Numbered from the stretch's first letter, positions 29,863 to 43,500 are shown. The stretch: DNA of 64,000 nt from Candidatus Aceula lacicola (GCA_030765785.1 JAVCCC010000028.1:2826-66825); one strand, 5' to 3'. Made by a program: numbers and translations. Notes: generated by a model from the sequence alone, not told the origin.

Positions 29863-29946
29863 TGGTGCGCGGGGTGGGACTTGAACCCACACGGATTACT
29901 CCACACGCCCCTCGAACGTGCGCGTATACCATTCCGCCACCCGCGC
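29863..29946 (-). tRNA. tRNA-Leu (anticodon GAG), class II with long variable arm
   Basis: GCGCGGGTGGCGGAATGGTATACGCGCACGTTCGAGGGGCGTGTGGAGTAATCCGTGTGGGTTCAAGTCCCACCCCGCGCACCA aligns closely with E. coli tRNA-Leu. Anticodon loop is TCGAGGG, which gives C33 rather than U33. Discriminator is A. Confidence 0.6.
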
Positions 29947-29995
29947 ATAAACTATCACTATAGCCACTCTTTAAAATTTTTCAACCCAAGAACTT

Positions 29996-31600
29996 TTAAG
30001 TCCCCTCTTCTCTATCTTCAAATCGCCTCATGTCGATAACCAGTGTTTTTTCTTGAAAACTTGATGGTTTTTCAGAGGCAACCCCAGAATCCACCTTGAT
30101 CTGATATCGATACATTTGCTTTTCATCATTAATATCTCTAAAAATATATAAAACCATCTTTGTGCTAGGATCAAAATTGATGTGAAACACCTCCATCGTT
30201 CCTTTAGCAACTTCTCTTAAAAGGCAAGAAACCAAACCCACCATGTTATGACTATAAACAGTCGTTAAATTGCCAAATTCATCACCTCTGTTTTTTAAAT
30301 ATCTCTCTTCAGGCTGAACAAAATAAATCTTCTCATATTCATTAATATTAACTTTTGCCATTTGATCTTTAACAAACTGAATCTCCTTCTGGCTTGGAAC
30401 AACACGATAATTTAATATTGTCTGATGTGCCTGCACCACACCATAAAAACTTAACAACAAAAGTGCGATAGAAAAAACTATTCTTTGACGATTTTGAAAA
30501 ATAAATTGAATCCATGCCCTTGCCGACCATATAAAAATAAAGAAAACAAGCACTGTGAGCGGTCCCGCACATCGATAATAAAAAATACTTTGACTGGAGA
30601 CAAGGTTAGGCAAAAAACTTAATAATGATAAAATAATCAAGATTGAAGATCGAACAAAACCATTTATAAAAAATTCTATTCTTTCTTCTTTTTGCTGTCG
30701 TAAAACTTCTAAAGCAATCGCGGAAATGACAAACGTAACACCAACAGCAGCAGCTATCTTATAAGGAAATATATTCCACAAGTTTAATGCATTTACCAAA
30801 GGCTCTCTAAGAAACCATCCTATTTTTCCAAAATAATCTGTTGTCAGCGCATATGGATTATATCCCCATAAATTAAATCGAGAAAAATATGGCTTAATTA
30901 ACCGAAGAACAAGCACGTAAAGACCTAGCGAAACGATTGCCGGAGAAAATAAATTAATCATCCGATTCTTAATTTCAGAGAAATCCTTAAACTCAGAAAA
31001 TAAAACAACCAGCCCAGCCATCGTCCAATAAAACATAGCTGTTGGCTTATACGTCGACAAGGCACAAAAAAACAAGAAAACAGATAATACAAATCGACCA
31101 TTAAATATCCGACGAACGATCTTATCCGACAAAGAAATACGGTAAGCAGACGAAAAAGCCCCAATGGCAAATAAAATAGAAACTGGCTGGTAAGTCATTG
31201 CCGTCTGAGATACGGCAATCTGAAAAGAAGGCAAAGTAAAAACAGCTAACGATAATAAAAAAGCGTTTCGTGATGAAAAAAATTTCTTCCGAAGCCAGAA
31301 AAAAAGAATGAGTGCGCAAAACGCAAGATTAACGACACCTAAAAATCGAACACCTTTAAGGTCATCAATAGAATTGATCAAAAACCCCATTGCCATGTAC
31401 AGATGCGCCCCAATAAAACGCCCAATTGATAAATTAAAAAGCGTCCCTGGCGCCTCAGGTCTCGTCGAAGTTCTTAAAAAGAAGATGACATCATCGTGAT
31501 ATGCATAATACGATGAAATGGCAGGCCAAAATGCAATACATAGAAAGATTAAAAAAAGGGAAAAAATAATGACTCTTTGAAAAACTTTTGTTTTAATCAT
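29996..31600 (-). CDS. Large polytopic membrane protein, possible GT-C-type glycosyltransferase
   Basis: 534 aa with more than 10 TM helices. An HDD motif follows the first TM helix (YAYHDDVIFF), as in GT-C enzymes. C-terminal soluble domain. Confidence 0.3.
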   Translation of the reverse strand: MIKTKVFQRVIIFSLFLIFLCIAFWPAISSYYAYHDDVIFFLRTSTRPEAPGTLFNLSIGRFIGAHLYMAMGFLINSIDDLKGVRFLGVVNLAFCALILFFWLRKKFFSSRNAFLLSLAVFTLPSFQIAVSQTAMTYQPVSILFAIGAFSSAYRISLSDKIVRRIFNGRFVLSVFLFFCALSTYKPTAMFYWTMAGLVVLFSEFKDFSEIKNRMINLFSPAIVSLGLYVLVLRLIKPYFSRFNLWGYNPYALTTDYFGKIGWFLREPLVNALNLWNIFPYKIAAAVGVTFVISAIALEVLRQQKEERIEFFINGFVRSSILIILSLLSFLPNLVSSQSIFYYRCAGPLTVLVFFIFIWSARAWIQFIFQNRQRIVFSIALLLLSFYGVVQAHQTILNYRVVPSQKEIQFVKDQMAKVNINEYEKIYFVQPEERYLKNRGDEFGNLTTVYSHNMVGLVSCLLREVAKGTMEVFHINFDPSTKMVLYIFRDINDEKQMYRYQIKVDSGVASEKPSSFQEKTLVIDMRRFEDREEGT

Positions 31601-31606
31601 AAAACC

Positions 31607-33211
31607 TTAAGGCCTCTTCACCAGAGAAGCAGCCACAAAGCTTTGAAACAAAGGATGCGCTTTGTCTGGCTTCGATTTAAACTCAGGATGAAACTGACAC
31701 GCAACGAACCATGGATGATTTTTAAGCTCGAGAATCTCGACCAATTTCTTCTTTGTATTAATGCCTGAAAAAATAACACCTTTTTTCTCAAAAACTTTTC
31801 GATATGCATCATTAAACTCATACCGATGACGATGCCTCTCAGATATGCTCTCTTTCTTATATGCCTGAAAACTTTTTGTTTTCTTTTGCAACTTACAAGG
31901 ATACGCACCTAAGCGCATTGTAGCTCCCATATTCTTAATTTTCTTTTGCTCCTCTAAAAGGCTAATGATAGGATACTTTGTTCCCTTGTCAAATTCTGTT
32001 GAATTTGCTCCTCTGTATCCACAAACATTACGAGCAAATTCAATCGAAGCAATCTGCATGCCTAAACAAATCCCGAAAAATGGAATACCTTTTTCTCGAG
32101 CATATTGAACAGCTTTTATTTTTCCCTCAATTCCCCTCGTTCCAAATCCGCCAGGAATAAGAATACCGTCGGAATCTTTAAGATATTTCTTGACACTAAA
32201 TTTCTCAATATCTTCAGAATCAACCTTGTTGATAATAACGCGTGCATCGTTAGCAATTCCACCATGCACTAAAGCTTCATAAATTGATTTATATGCATCT
32301 GGAAGAGAAATATATTTCCCAACAACAGAAATTCTAACTTCTTTGGAAGGATTTCTTAATCGTTTTACAACATAATCCTCCCATTTCTTAAGATCGCTAT
32401 CTGGCTTCTTAATATTTAATTTTCTTAAAATAAGATTATCTAATCCTTCTTTCTTGAGAAAGACAGGAACTTCATAAATATGCTTAACATCAATCGCCTC
32501 GATAACAGCTTCTCGATCAACGCTACAAAAAAGAGCAATCTTTTCTCTTTGCTCTTTAGTCATATGTTTTTCTGTTCGACACAACAAAATATCTGGAGCG
32601 ATACCAATTTCACGCAAACGTCCAACACTATGTTGTGTCGGCTTTGTTTTATGTTCACCTGCAGATTTAATAAAAGGCAAGAGCGTCACATGTACATTAA
32701 TGCAATAGCTTGGACCAATTTCCCATTTCATTTGTCGAATAGCTTCAAGAAACGGCAAACTTTCAATATCACCAATCGTTCCACCAATTTCAACAATCGT
32801 GACGTCCACATCGCGAGCTTTCGCAACCTTCTTTATTCTATTTTTTATTTCATCTGTAATATGAGGAATGATCTGAACTGTTTTCCCAAGATATTCACCT
32901 TTGCGCTCTTTTGAAATAACAGAAAAATAAACTTTACCCGTGGTAATGTTGCTATCCTTACCAACCCGAGCATTTGTAAAACGTTCATAATGACCTAAAT
33001 CCAAATCCGTTTCGGCACCATCGTCTGTCACATAAACTTCTCCATGCTGAAAAGGGCTCATGGTTCCAGGGTCGACATTAAGATAAGGATCACATTTGAT
33101 TGTGGTTGTGGAGAGACCTCTTTCTTCAAGCATTTTTCCAATCGAAGCAGAGGCAATGCCTTTTCCAAGGCTCGAAATAACGCCGCCTGTAACAAAAATA
33201 AATTTACTCAT
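31607..33211 (-). CDS. pyrG: CTP synthase
   Basis: N-terminal [19 protein letters not shown] and C-terminal GATase domain with GICLGMQ. Confidence 0.9.
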   Translation of the reverse strand: MSKFIFVTGGVISSLGKGIASASIGKMLEERGLSTTTIKCDPYLNVDPGTMSPFQHGEVYVTDDGAETDLDLGHYERFTNARVGKDSNITTGKVYFSVISKERKGEYLGKTVQIIPHITDEIKNRIKKVAKARDVDVTIVEIGGTIGDIESLPFLEAIRQMKWEIGPSYCINVHVTLLPFIKSAGEHKTKPTQHSVGRLREIGIAPDILLCRTEKHMTKEQREKIALFCSVDREAVIEAIDVKHIYEVPVFLKKEGLDNLILRKLNIKKPDSDLKKWEDYVVKRLRNPSKEVRISVVGKYISLPDAYKSIYEALVHGGIANDARVIINKVDSEDIEKFSVKKYLKDSDGILIPGGFGTRGIEGKIKAVQYAREKGIPFFGICLGMQIASIEFARNVCGYRGANSTEFDKGTKYPIISLLEEQKKIKNMGATMRLGAYPCKLQKKTKSFQAYKKESISERHRHRYEFNDAYRKVFEKKGVIFSGINTKKKLVEILELKNHPWFVACQFHPEFKSKPDKAHPLFQSFVAASLVKRP

Positions 33212-33276
33212 GGGTGTTTCCTGTCATTAATATTTTAATATTATAATAAAATTTTAAAGATTATACACCTAAAATC

Positions 33277-34650
33277 TTAACAGTTCTTTTCTAGTAAATA
33301 CTTGCTCTGGTTCTTCGGAACTTGCTCAGGATACACACCATCAAAACATGCGTGACAAAACGCATTAGAATCTTTCATGATTCCAAGCATTCCCTCTAAG
33401 CTTAAGTATTGAAGAGAATCAACCTCAATAAAATCAGCGATCTCTTTAACGCTCTTGTTGGATGCAATCAACTCACCTTTACTAGGAAAATCAATACCAT
33501 AAAAACAAGGAAATGTAATCGGCGGACATGTCACTCTGAAATGAATCTCTTTAGCCCCAGCTCTTCGAATCTCCTCGACACGACTTCGACTTGTTGTACC
33601 GCGCACAATAGAATCCTCAACAACCACAACACGCTTTCCTTTTAAAACATCACGAATTGGGTTTAATTTTACACGCACCCTAAATTCCCGCAAAAACTGA
33701 CTCGGCTGAATAAAAGTCCTGCCAATATAATGATTTCGAATCATGCCAATTTCTAAAGGAAGACCTGACTCTTTAGCATATCCAACTGCCGCATAATTTC
33801 CCGAATCAGGAATCGCCATAACAAAATCTGCATCAATAGGATGTTCTTTAGCAAGCTGTTCCCCTAAACGTTTTCGCACTAAATAAATATTATCATCAAA
33901 AATATGGCTGTCTGGTCGAGCAAAATAAATATTCTCAAAAATACAATGCGCCTTTTTCTTGCTTTTCTCTAAAAATACACTTTCGACCTTTCCATCGCTA
34001 ATAAAAACAATCTCACCCGGCTCAAGCTCTCGGACAAGCTGTGCTCCAATCAAATCCAAAGCACATGTTTCACTGACTAAAATATATGCGTCTCCTTTTT
34101 TACCTAAACATAAAGGGCGAAACCCAAAAGGATCGCGCGCACCAACTAAAACATTTCCCATCATAAAAACAAGAGAAAAAGCTCCCCTTAAACGCATCAA
34201 AGCATTCTTAATCCATGCTTTGATATCTCCATTCTTTGTTTTTGCTAAAAGATGAACAATCACCTCAGAATCCATTGTTGTCTGGAAAATAGATCCCTGC
34301 TCTTCTAATTCATTATAAAGATCTTCTGTGTTTGTCAAATTGCCGTTATGCGCAATAGCAATCGGTCTATTTTTATGTGTCGCTAAGAACGGTTGAATAT
34401 TCTTAGAATTACTAGATCCTGTTGTTGAATAGCGAGTGTGCCCTATTGCAAAGTTACCTTTAAGACTCTCAACAGAGTTTTCATTAAAACAATCTGCAAC
34501 AAGGCCTCGAGCTTTTTGTGAGTGAATTTTCTTTCCATCAAAAGAAAGAATGCCGCACGATTCTTCTCCTCTGTGCTGTAACGCATACAGACTTAAAAAA
34601 ACAATCTTTGCTGCTTCTTCATGATTGGAAACACCGACAATGCCACACAC
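33277..34650 (-). CDS. purF: Amidophosphoribosyltransferase
   Basis: MCGIVGV Ntn start. PRTase domain. C-terminal Cys cluster. Confidence 0.9.
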   Translation of the reverse strand: MCGIVGVSNHEEAAKIVFLSLYALQHRGEESCGILSFDGKKIHSQKARGLVADCFNENSVESLKGNFAIGHTRYSTTGSSNSKNIQPFLATHKNRPIAIAHNGNLTNTEDLYNELEEQGSIFQTTMDSEVIVHLLAKTKNGDIKAWIKNALMRLRGAFSLVFMMGNVLVGARDPFGFRPLCLGKKGDAYILVSETCALDLIGAQLVRELEPGEIVFISDGKVESVFLEKSKKKAHCIFENIYFARPDSHIFDDNIYLVRKRLGEQLAKEHPIDADFVMAIPDSGNYAAVGYAKESGLPLEIGMIRNHYIGRTFIQPSQFLREFRVRVKLNPIRDVLKGKRVVVVEDSIVRGTTSRSRVEEIRRAGAKEIHFRVTCPPITFPCFYGIDFPSKGELIASNKSVKEIADFIEVDSLQYLSLEGMLGIMKDSNAFCHACFDGVYPEQVPKNQSKYLLEKNC

Positions 34651-34652
34651 AG

Positions 34653-37600
34653 TTAAACTCCTTTACGATAATATTCTTGCAAAGACTTTACATTAAAATC
34701 TTTTTCTTTGCTTGATTCAATTCCGTTGATAGCCGCCCATGCCCCTTGTATCGTTGTGATGCACGGAACATTTTGCAAAATAGCAGCTGCGCGAATAGAA
34801 CGCATATCTGATTGACTCTTTTGCCCAGAAGGCGTATTAATAATCAAATTAATCTTATTCTCTTTAATTAATTTTAACAAATCATTTTTTCCTTCACCAA
34901 CTTTATCAATAATCTGAACTTTAATTCCATTTTTTTTAAGCGCTCGGGCTGTCCCCCTTGTTGAAAGAAGGTGGAATTTCATATCAAAAAGTTTTTTTGC
35001 TAAAAATGCAATATTGCGCTTATCTGTGTCATTAACGCTTAAGAAAATCTTTCCATCTTGAGGCAAAGATTGACCAGCCGCTGCTTGCGATTTTGCAAAG
35101 GCAGCACCAAAAGTTTCATCAATGCCCATAACCTCTCCTGTTGACTTCATCTCAGGACCTAAAACAATGTCCACGCCGGAAAAACGAGAAAAAGGCAAAA
35201 CAGATTCTTTAACCGAAATATTCTTCAATTCTTCAATATCAACAAATTTAAAATCAGATATCTTTTTTCCAGCCATAATTTGAGATGCTATCTTCGCTAA
35301 AGACACCCCTGTTGCCTTACTAACAAAGGGTACAGTTCGAGACGCTCTCGGATTAACTTCCAAAACATAAATCCGATCCCTTTTAATCGCAAATTGAATA
35401 TTCAAAAGACCAACAACTTTTAATCCTTTAGCAATATCACAAGTATGTTTTTTAATTCTCTTAATTAACGTCGAACTCAACGTATGTGGTGGCAAAACGC
35501 ATGCTGAATCACCTGAATGAATTCCTGCATTTTCAATATGCTCCATCATGCCAGCAACAACAGCATCTTGTCCGTCAGAAATACCATCCACATCAACCTC
35601 AATCGCATCTTCAATAAATTGATCAATCAAAACAGGGTGTCCCTGCGAAACATCTTTAGCCTCTTCAATAAATTCAAGCAATGATTTCTCATCGTACACA
35701 ATTTTCATAGCCCTACCACCTAAAACATAAGATGGTCTTGCTAAAACTGGATATCCAATTCTTTGCGCGATTTTAATCGCTTCCTCTGCAGAAAGAGCAG
35801 CACCATTTTCAGGCTGAGAAAGTCCAAGCTTTGTGATAAATTCTGAAAACTTTTCTCTATTCTCTGCTAAATCAATAGACTCCACTGTCGTTCCAATAAT
35901 AGGCACCCCAACTTCATTTAACGCATGCGCTAAATTAAGCGGAGTCTGTCCACCAAGCTGTACGATAACGCCATCTGGTTTTTCAACCTCAACAATATTC
36001 ATAACATCTTCAAACGTGAGTGGCTCAAAATAAAGACGATCAGATGTATCATAATCCGTCGAGACTGTCTCAGGATTTGAATTAACCATAATCGTTTCGA
36101 AATCCATTTCTTTTAATGCAAACGAAGCATGACAACAACAATAATCGAATTCAATACCTTGTCCAATACGATTTGGCCCACCACCTAAAATCATAATCTT
36201 TTTTTTCTGACTCTTTTCTTTCTTCGCAGCCTTGCTTTCATCTTCATCTTCATATGTTGAATAATAATATGGCGTATACGCTTCAAACTCAGCTGCACAC
36301 GTATCAACTAATTTAAAAACCGCACGAATACCTAGGCTCTCTCTTAAGCTTCGCACTTCTTTTTCAGTTGTTAAAAAAATCTGAGCCAATTGTGCGTCGC
36401 CAAACCCCCACTGCTTTGCTTGTCTTAAGGAATCTTCGCCAACCGTCTTTTTTTCATCAAATTCTTTTTTAAGTTTATTCTCAAATTCTACCAATTCTGC
36501 GATATTAGAAAGAAACCATGGATCAATCTTTGTAATTTCAAAGATTTCGTCAATACTCATTCCTTTTTGAAGTGCATATTTAATATAAAAAATACGAGAT
36601 GCATTTGGAACTTTAAGTCGCTGAGTCATCTTCTCATCAGAAATATCTTTAAAATTAAGTTTGTTGTCTAATCCCACATGCCCTATTTCAAGACCACGCA
36701 AACCTTTTTGCAAAGATTCTTTAAACGTGCGCCCTATCGCCATTGTTTCTCCAACAGACTTCATGGAAACACCTAAAGTGTCGCCTGCCTCAGGAAATTT
36801 CTCAAAAGTAAATCTTGGAATTTTTGTCACACAATAATCAATCGTCGGCTCAAACGCAGCGGGCGTTTCTCTTGTAATATCATTTTGAATTTCATCTAAT
36901 GAATATCCAATAGCCAATTTCGCTGCAAACTTTGCAATCGGAAAACCTGTTGCTTTGCTCGCCAAAGCAGAACTGCGAGATACTCGAGGATTAACTTCAA
37001 TAACAACAATGCGTCCATTTTTAGGATCAACTGCAAACTGAACATTGCACCCTCCGGTCTCGACGCCAATCTCTCGAATTACTGCAAGAGTTTGATCTCG
37101 CATTCTTTGATATTCTTTATCCGATAAAGTTTGCGCTGGAGCAACCGTAATGCTGTCACCGGTATGAACACCTAAAGGATCTAAATTCTCAATAGAACAA
37201 ACAATAACAACGTTATCTTTACAATCTCGCATAACCTCAAGCTCATATTCTTTCCACCCCTCGATAGACTCTTCAATCAAAATTTCACTATTCATACTAC
37301 TTTCAAGACCTAGAAAAGCTATTTTTTCAAGCTCTTCATCATTATGAACAATTCCTCCACCCGTTCCGCCTAATGTATAGCTTGATCGAACAATCAAAGG
37401 AAATCCAATTTTCTTGGCTGCTTCTCGAGCTTCTTCAATGGTATGCGCAAACGCACTTTCAGGCACTTCAAGACCAACTTTCAAAACAGCTTCTTTAAAA
37501 CATTCACGATCCTCTGCTTTTTTAATAACATCATACGGTGCCCCAATAAGCTCGACATTATATTTTTCTAAAATACCTTGCTCAGAAACTTTCATCGCTA

Positions 37601-37892
37601 AATTTAAACCTGTTTGACCGCCTAGCGTTGGCAAAAGCGCATCTGGCCTTTCTTTTTCAATAACGCGCTCAACAAACTCCGGTGTCAAAGGCTCAACATA
37701 GGTCGCATCCGAAATCTCAGGATCTGTCATAATCGTCGCTGGATTTGAATTAATCAAAACGACTTCATATCCTTCTTCTTTAAGCGCCTTGCAAGCCTGC
37801 GTTCCAGAATAATCAAACTCACATGCCTGTCCAATAATAATCGGACCGGAGCCAATCAATAAAATTTTCTTTATATCGTTACGTCTCGGCAT
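34653..37892 (-). CDS. carB: Carbamoyl-phosphate synthase large subunit
   Basis: 1079 aa with duplicated ATP-grasp halves and a C-terminal MGS-like domain. Confidence 0.9.
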   Translation of the reverse strand: MPRRNDIKKILLIGSGPIIIGQACEFDYSGTQACKALKEEGYEVVLINSNPATIMTDPEISDATYVEPLTPEFVERVIEKERPDALLPTLGGQTGLNLAMKVSEQGILEKYNVELIGAPYDVIKKAEDRECFKEAVLKVGLEVPESAFAHTIEEAREAAKKIGFPLIVRSSYTLGGTGGGIVHNDEELEKIAFLGLESSMNSEILIEESIEGWKEYELEVMRDCKDNVVIVCSIENLDPLGVHTGDSITVAPAQTLSDKEYQRMRDQTLAVIREIGVETGGCNVQFAVDPKNGRIVVIEVNPRVSRSSALASKATGFPIAKFAAKLAIGYSLDEIQNDITRETPAAFEPTIDYCVTKIPRFTFEKFPEAGDTLGVSMKSVGETMAIGRTFKESLQKGLRGLEIGHVGLDNKLNFKDISDEKMTQRLKVPNASRIFYIKYALQKGMSIDEIFEITKIDPWFLSNIAELVEFENKLKKEFDEKKTVGEDSLRQAKQWGFGDAQLAQIFLTTEKEVRSLRESLGIRAVFKLVDTCAAEFEAYTPYYYSTYEDEDESKAAKKEKSQKKKIMILGGGPNRIGQGIEFDYCCCHASFALKEMDFETIMVNSNPETVSTDYDTSDRLYFEPLTFEDVMNIVEVEKPDGVIVQLGGQTPLNLAHALNEVGVPIIGTTVESIDLAENREKFSEFITKLGLSQPENGAALSAEEAIKIAQRIGYPVLARPSYVLGGRAMKIVYDEKSLLEFIEEAKDVSQGHPVLIDQFIEDAIEVDVDGISDGQDAVVAGMMEHIENAGIHSGDSACVLPPHTLSSTLIKRIKKHTCDIAKGLKVVGLLNIQFAIKRDRIYVLEVNPRASRTVPFVSKATGVSLAKIASQIMAGKKISDFKFVDIEELKNISVKESVLPFSRFSGVDIVLGPEMKSTGEVMGIDETFGAAFAKSQAAAGQSLPQDGKIFLSVNDTDKRNIAFLAKKLFDMKFHLLSTRGTARALKKNGIKVQIIDKVGEGKNDLLKLIKENKINLIINTPSGQKSQSDMRSIRAAAILQNVPCITTIQGAWAAINGIESSKEKDFNVKSLQEYYRKGV

Positions 37893-38976
37893 GAAAATCC
37901 TTCATCATTTTAATAAACTTATCAAATAAATATTGTGCATCATGTGGACCAGGTGAAGCTTCAGGATGATATTGAACAGAAAAAAGTGGATACTTCTTGT
38001 GATCAATTCCTTCAACTGTTTTATCGTTCAAATTAATATGTGTCACTTCTACATCCTCTTTATTTAAACTTTCTATATCAATACAAAATCCATGATTTTG
38101 AGATGTAATGGAAATTTTATTTTCTTTCAAATCTTTTACAGGATGATTGGCGCCTCTATGTCCAAACTTTAATTTGTATGTTTTTCCACCAAGAGCCAAA
38201 CCCAAAATTTGATTACCTAAACAAATACCAAACATCGGCAATTTTCCTAGAAATGCCTTAACAGTCTCTACAACATACGGCACAGCCGCAGGATCTCCTG
38301 GACCATTAGAAATAAAAAGTCCGCTAGGATTAATAGCTAAAATTTCTTCAGCACTTGCTGTTGAAGGAAAAACATGAACTTCGCATCCAAGACTAGCAAG
38401 AATTCTTAAAATATTAAATTTAACACCACAATCAATAACTGCAACTTTCAAATCATGCTTTGCACCCTTATTCCAAATATACTTTTCTTTTATGGAGACC
38501 TCTTTAACCCAATCGCTGCCTTCCATGTCTGGCACTTTTTTTAGCTTATCAGCTAAGCTTTTCGGGTCAAAATCTTCTGTGGAAATAATACCTTTCATGG
38601 CTCCGCAAACTCTTAAATGTCGCGTCAAAGCTCTTGTATCAACATTCTCAATCGCAATAATATTATTTTCTTTTAAATATTCCATCAAACATTTTGTGGC
38701 ACGGAAATTAGAATATCGACGGGCAAACTCTTTAACAACGAATCCTTTAACATGAACCTTATCTGATTCAACATCTTCTTCGTTAACGCCGTAATTTCCA
38801 ATCAAAGGATATGTCATGGTGACAATTTGACCCGCATAGGAAGGATCAGTCAAGATTTCTTGATACCCACTCATCGAGGTATTAAAAACCATCTCGCCTG
38901 CACTTTCTCCGGAAGAAAAGATAGAACGTCCTTGAAAAATCGTTCCATCTTCCAAATATATGATTGCTTTTTTCAT
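37879..38976 (-). CDS. carA: Carbamoyl-phosphate synthase small subunit
   Basis: From Met20 ([14 protein letters not shown]...) it aligns with the E. coli CarA N-terminus. GATase triad GICLGNQ...H...E. Start trimmed from the track ORF. Confidence 0.85.
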   Translation of the reverse strand: MKKAIIYLEDGTIFQGRSIFSSGESAGEMVFNTSMSGYQEILTDPSYAGQIVTMTYPLIGNYGVNEEDVESDKVHVKGFVVKEFARRYSNFRATKCLMEYLKENNIIAIENVDTRALTRHLRVCGAMKGIISTEDFDPKSLADKLKKVPDMEGSDWVKEVSIKEKYIWNKGAKHDLKVAVIDCGVKFNILRILASLGCEVHVFPSTASAEEILAINPSGLFISNGPGDPAAVPYVVETVKAFLGKLPMFGICLGNQILGLALGGKTYKLKFGHRGANHPVKDLKENKISITSQNHGFCIDIESLNKEDVEVTHINLNDKTVEGIDHKKYPLFSVQYHPEASPGPHDAQYLFDKFIKMMKDFHAET

Positions 38977-39075
38977 ATAAAATAAATACCAAAAGGCATG
39001 TTTCAAGAACTGGCTCTTCAAAGCCAGGTACAATATATCATTATTAATTTGCGCGTCAAATAATATTCATTAATT

Positions 39076-40503
39076 TTATTTGACTAAATATTCATTAACT
39101 CCTTCAGCAGCGCTGCGCCCTTCATGAATAGCCCAAACAATTAACGACTGACCGCGACGCATATCTCCAGCTGCAAAAACACCATTAGCACTAGTCATAT
39201 ACTTCTCATCTGTTCTAACGTTGCCTCTTTCATCAAGCTGTATATTCAAATTATCAACTAACCCTTTTTTAAAAGGGCCCATAAATCCCATAGCCAAAAT
39301 TAATAAATCACAATCTACTTCAAATTTAGAGCCAGGAACTTCTTTCATCGACGCCCTTGATGTAACCGGATCTTTAAAACCATATTCCAACCTTACCCCA
39401 TGAAGTTTTTTAAGCTTTTTCTTTTCTCCGCCTAAGCTTTTTGTCAAGATGCAGTAATCTTGATCAACTCCCTCTTCATGAGAGCTTCCTTCTTTATAAA
39501 TAAACGCCCATTCAGGCCACGGATTATCAACTGCCCTTGTTAAAGGAGGACGCGGCAAAATCTCAAACTGCTTTACACTTTTTGCCCCCTGACGGTTTGC
39601 CGTACCAATGCAATCAGCTCCTGTGTCACCACCACCTAAAACAATAACATTCTTATCCTTAGCAGTAATTTGCTCCTTTGGCTTAACTCGAACTCCAACA
39701 TTAATGCGGTTTTGCTGACGTAAATAATCCATCGCTTGATAGACTCCTTGCAACTCTCTCCCAGAAACCTTAAGATCACGAGCATCTTCCGCACCACCAG
39801 CTAACACACTCGCATCAAATTCCTTTTGAACATAACGAATCGAAATATCAACACCTATTCTACATCGCGTCTTAAACACAATTCCTTCTTCTTTTAGAAT
39901 ATTTACACGCCTTTCAATAATCTTTTTCTCAAGCTTAAAATCCGGAATACCTAAAGACAAAATTCCACCAATGCTTTCACTCTTTTCAAAAACAGTAACG
40001 CTATGACCAGCCTTATTCAGCTGGTCAGCGCAAGCTAGCCCAGCAGGACCTGATCCAATAACAGCAACGGACTTACCCGTACGTTTAACCGGAGGCTTAG
40101 GCTTAACCCACCCTTCTTCGAAAGCCTTCTCAATAATCGAAAGCTCTATATTGCGAATCGTAACAGCATCTTTCGTAATCCCTAAAACACACGAATACTC
40201 GCATGGAGCAGGACAAATGCGACCAGTAATTTCAGGAAAATTATTTGTTTCTATCAAGCGCTCATACGCCTCTTTCCAGCGTCCACGATATACAAGATCG
40301 TTCCAATCAGGAACTAAGTTTGCCAACGGACATCCCCAATGACAAAAAGGTGTGCCACAATCCATACAACGCGCTGCTTGCTGACGCAAATCTTCAACAG
40401 GCAAAGGATGAATAAACTCCCTCCAATGCTGCTTTCTCATCTCAACAGAATCCTTCGAGAAGTCTTCTCTTTTATATTTTAAGAAACCAGTAATATCGCC
40501 CAT
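39076..40503 (-). CDS. gltD: Glutamate synthase small (beta) subunit, NAD(P)H-dependent
   Basis: 4Fe-4S Cys motifs (CMDCGTPFCHWGCP) and FAD/NAD Rossmann motifs (VAVIGSGPAG). Confidence 0.8.
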   Translation of the reverse strand: MGDITGFLKYKREDFSKDSVEMRKQHWREFIHPLPVEDLRQQAARCMDCGTPFCHWGCPLANLVPDWNDLVYRGRWKEAYERLIETNNFPEITGRICPAPCEYSCVLGITKDAVTIRNIELSIIEKAFEEGWVKPKPPVKRTGKSVAVIGSGPAGLACADQLNKAGHSVTVFEKSESIGGILSLGIPDFKLEKKIIERRVNILKEEGIVFKTRCRIGVDISIRYVQKEFDASVLAGGAEDARDLKVSGRELQGVYQAMDYLRQQNRINVGVRVKPKEQITAKDKNVIVLGGGDTGADCIGTANRQGAKSVKQFEILPRPPLTRAVDNPWPEWAFIYKEGSSHEEGVDQDYCILTKSLGGEKKKLKKLHGVRLEYGFKDPVTSRASMKEVPGSKFEVDCDLLILAMGFMGPFKKGLVDNLNIQLDERGNVRTDEKYMTSANGVFAAGDMRRGQSLIVWAIHEGRSAAEGVNEYLVK

Positions 40504-40507
40504 ATTC

Positions 40508-43500
40508 TTATTTAAATACCTTTTCTTCGCGCTCTATCGCTTCATCTTCTTTCATCATCTTCCCTAAAACCCTTCGGTATTCCATAGGAAAAACTTTAAC
40601 AAAAGACGGAAGAGCCTGATCCCAATTATCCAAAATATCTTTAGCCTTTTGACTTTGCGTATATGAAAAATGTTTTTCAATCATATTTTTAAGTTCTACA
40701 ATATCCTTAACATCTCTCACAAGCTCTAAATCAACCATATCTAAATTACATCTACCATCAAGCTTATTATCAGGATCATAAATATACGCTATTCCCCCGC
40801 TCATTCCAGCAGCAAAATTAACACCAGTTTCACCTAAAATAACCACGCGCCCTTCTGTCATATATTCACACCCATGATCCCCAACACCCTCAACAACCAC
40901 GTAAACACCGCTATTACGGATAGCAAATCGTTCACCAACACACCCATGAATATAAGCCTCACCAGACGTTGCACCATACAAAAGAACATTCCCACAAATA
41001 GCATTCTCGCCAGGATTGTACGTAGATTTTTTATAAGGCTTAACAACAATTTTCCCGCCACACAACCCTTTTCCTAAATAATCATTAGATTCTCCCTCTA
41101 AAATAAACTTTATCCCTTTAGACAAGAAAGCACCAAAACTTTGACCAGCAGCCCCCTGAAAATGACAAACAATCGTATCCTCTGGCAACCCTTCTTGTCC
41201 ATAACGCCTTGCAATCTCTCCAGAAAGCATTGCCCCCGTTGTTAAATTTGTATTAAAAATTGGCATCTCAATAAAAACGGGTTCTTTCTTTTCAAGAGCT
41301 TCACGTGCAAGCTCAATCAATTTTTTATCAAGCACTTTCTCGATACCATGATCTTGAGCTTCGCGACAGCGTACATCTGAATTTTCTTTCTGAACAACTT
41401 GAGTTAAAATTCGTGAAAAATCTAACCCTTTAGCTTTCCAAAAATCAATTGCCTCGTTTACCTCTAGAAGATCGCTACGCCCGACAAGCTCATCCATAGT
41501 CTTAACGCCAAGCTGAGCCATATATTCTCGAACTTCCTCAGCAATCATAGAAAAGAAATTAACCAAATACTCTGGCTTGCCACTAAAATTCTTACGTAAT
41601 TGCGGATCCTGCGTAGCAATTCCCACCGAACAAGTATTCATGTGACAATTGCGCATCATAACACATCCGCAAACTACTAATGGCGCCGTTGCAAAGCCAA
41701 ACTCTTCAGCACCCAACAATGATGCAATTACAACATCACGGCCTGTTTTCATTTGACTATCTGCCTGAATACGAATACGACTACGTAAATTATTCAAGAC
41801 AAGCGTTTGTTGTGTTTCTGCAAGACCAAGCTCCCACGGAGCACCAGCATACTTTATTGAAGACAAGGGAGATGCTCCAGTCCCACCATCGTGACCACTA
41901 ATTAACACCATATCCGCATGAGCCTTGGCTACACCAGCTGCAATAGTACCAACGCCTGCTTCAGAGACCAACTTAACCGAAACGCGTGCTTTAGGATTAA
42001 CGTTCTTTAAATCAAAAATAAGCTGCTTAATATCTTCTATTGAATAAATGTCATGATGAGGTGGAGGAGAAATAAGAGTAACGCCTGGGGTTGAGTACCT
42101 TACGCGTGCGATTTCTTCATTAACCTTATGCCCAGGAAGCTGTCCTCCTTCTCCAGGCTTAGCTCCTTGAGCAATCTTAATTTGAAGCTCCTTAGCATTA
42201 ACAAGATATTCGGCGGTAACACCAAATCGACCACTGGCAACTTGCTTAACTTCACTACACTTGCTATCACCATTAGGAAGCGGCTTATAACGCGCAGGAT
42301 CTTCTCCTCCTTCACCACTGTTGCTCCTAGCATTCATGCGATTCATAGCAATAGCTAATGTTTCATGAGCTTCTCGACTGATGGAGCCAAATGACATAGC
42401 AGACGTAACAAACCTTTTCACAATAGATGAAACAGGCTCTACCTCCTCAATTGAAATAGCTTTTGTCTTTTTAAATTTAAAAAGTCCACGCAACGTAGAT
42501 TGTTTCTTAGTCTGATCATTAATAAGCTGAGCATATTCTTTGTAAAGCTTAGTATCATTATTACGTGTCGCTGTCTGTAATTTATAGATCGCTTCTGGTG
42601 TCCACAAGTGCCTTTCACCGTCTCTACGAAATGCGTACTGCCCGCCATTAGCAAGAGCATCACTATCAACCCGAGAATCCTCTAAGGCTTGTTCATAGCG
42701 CAAATTGGCTTCTTTGGCAACTTCATCAAGTCCGATTCCTTCAATACTAGAAACCGTACCCGTAAAATATTTCTCAACGATATCACGGCTTAAACCAACT
42801 GCCTCAAAAACTTGCGCCCCTCTATAGCTACGCAAAGTTGAAATTCCCATCTTAGACATAATCTTTAAAAGTCCCTTGCAGAGCGCATGAATATAATTTT
42901 CCAAAGCCTTTGTGGTGCTGACTCCTTTTTCCAACATTTTTCTCTGAGCCATATCTACCACTGTTTCAAACGCTAAATATGGATTAATTGCTGTGGCTCC
43001 ATATCCTAATAAAAGCGCAACATGATGAACTTCGCGAGCCTCAGCTGTTTCAACGACTAGACCTACCTGTGATCGCAACCCTTCGTTAATCAAATGCTGA
43101 TGAATTGCCGAAACAACTAACAATGTTGAAATTGGTATTAGTCCGTCCGGAAGATTGCGGTCACTCAAAATAAGCAACGAACACCCATTGCGTACAGCAG
43201 TCGCAGCTACACGTCTCAACTTATCTAAAGCTTCTCCTAAGTCTTCTCCGTTGCCTTGACGTAAAAAACCCATTTGCAAAGTTGTTGTCCAAAAATCTTT
43301 TAACTTTAGAGAACTAACACGCTCAAGATCTTCGTTAGAAAGAATCGGATGCATTAGTTTAATCAAGCGTGCATTTTGAGGAACTTCCGTCAAAATATTG
43401 CCAAATTTTCCCATAAACGTCATCAAAGACATGACAAGCTCTTCGCGAATAGGATCAATAGCAGGATTTGTAATTTGTGCAAAAAGCTGTTTAAAATAAG

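Noticed and set aside
37879-39033. Full-length 384-aa carA ORF starting at 39033
   Set aside because: The first 19 residues have no counterpart in CarA. Alignment to canonical CarA begins at Met20 ([11 protein letters not shown]), so the start was trimmed to 38976.
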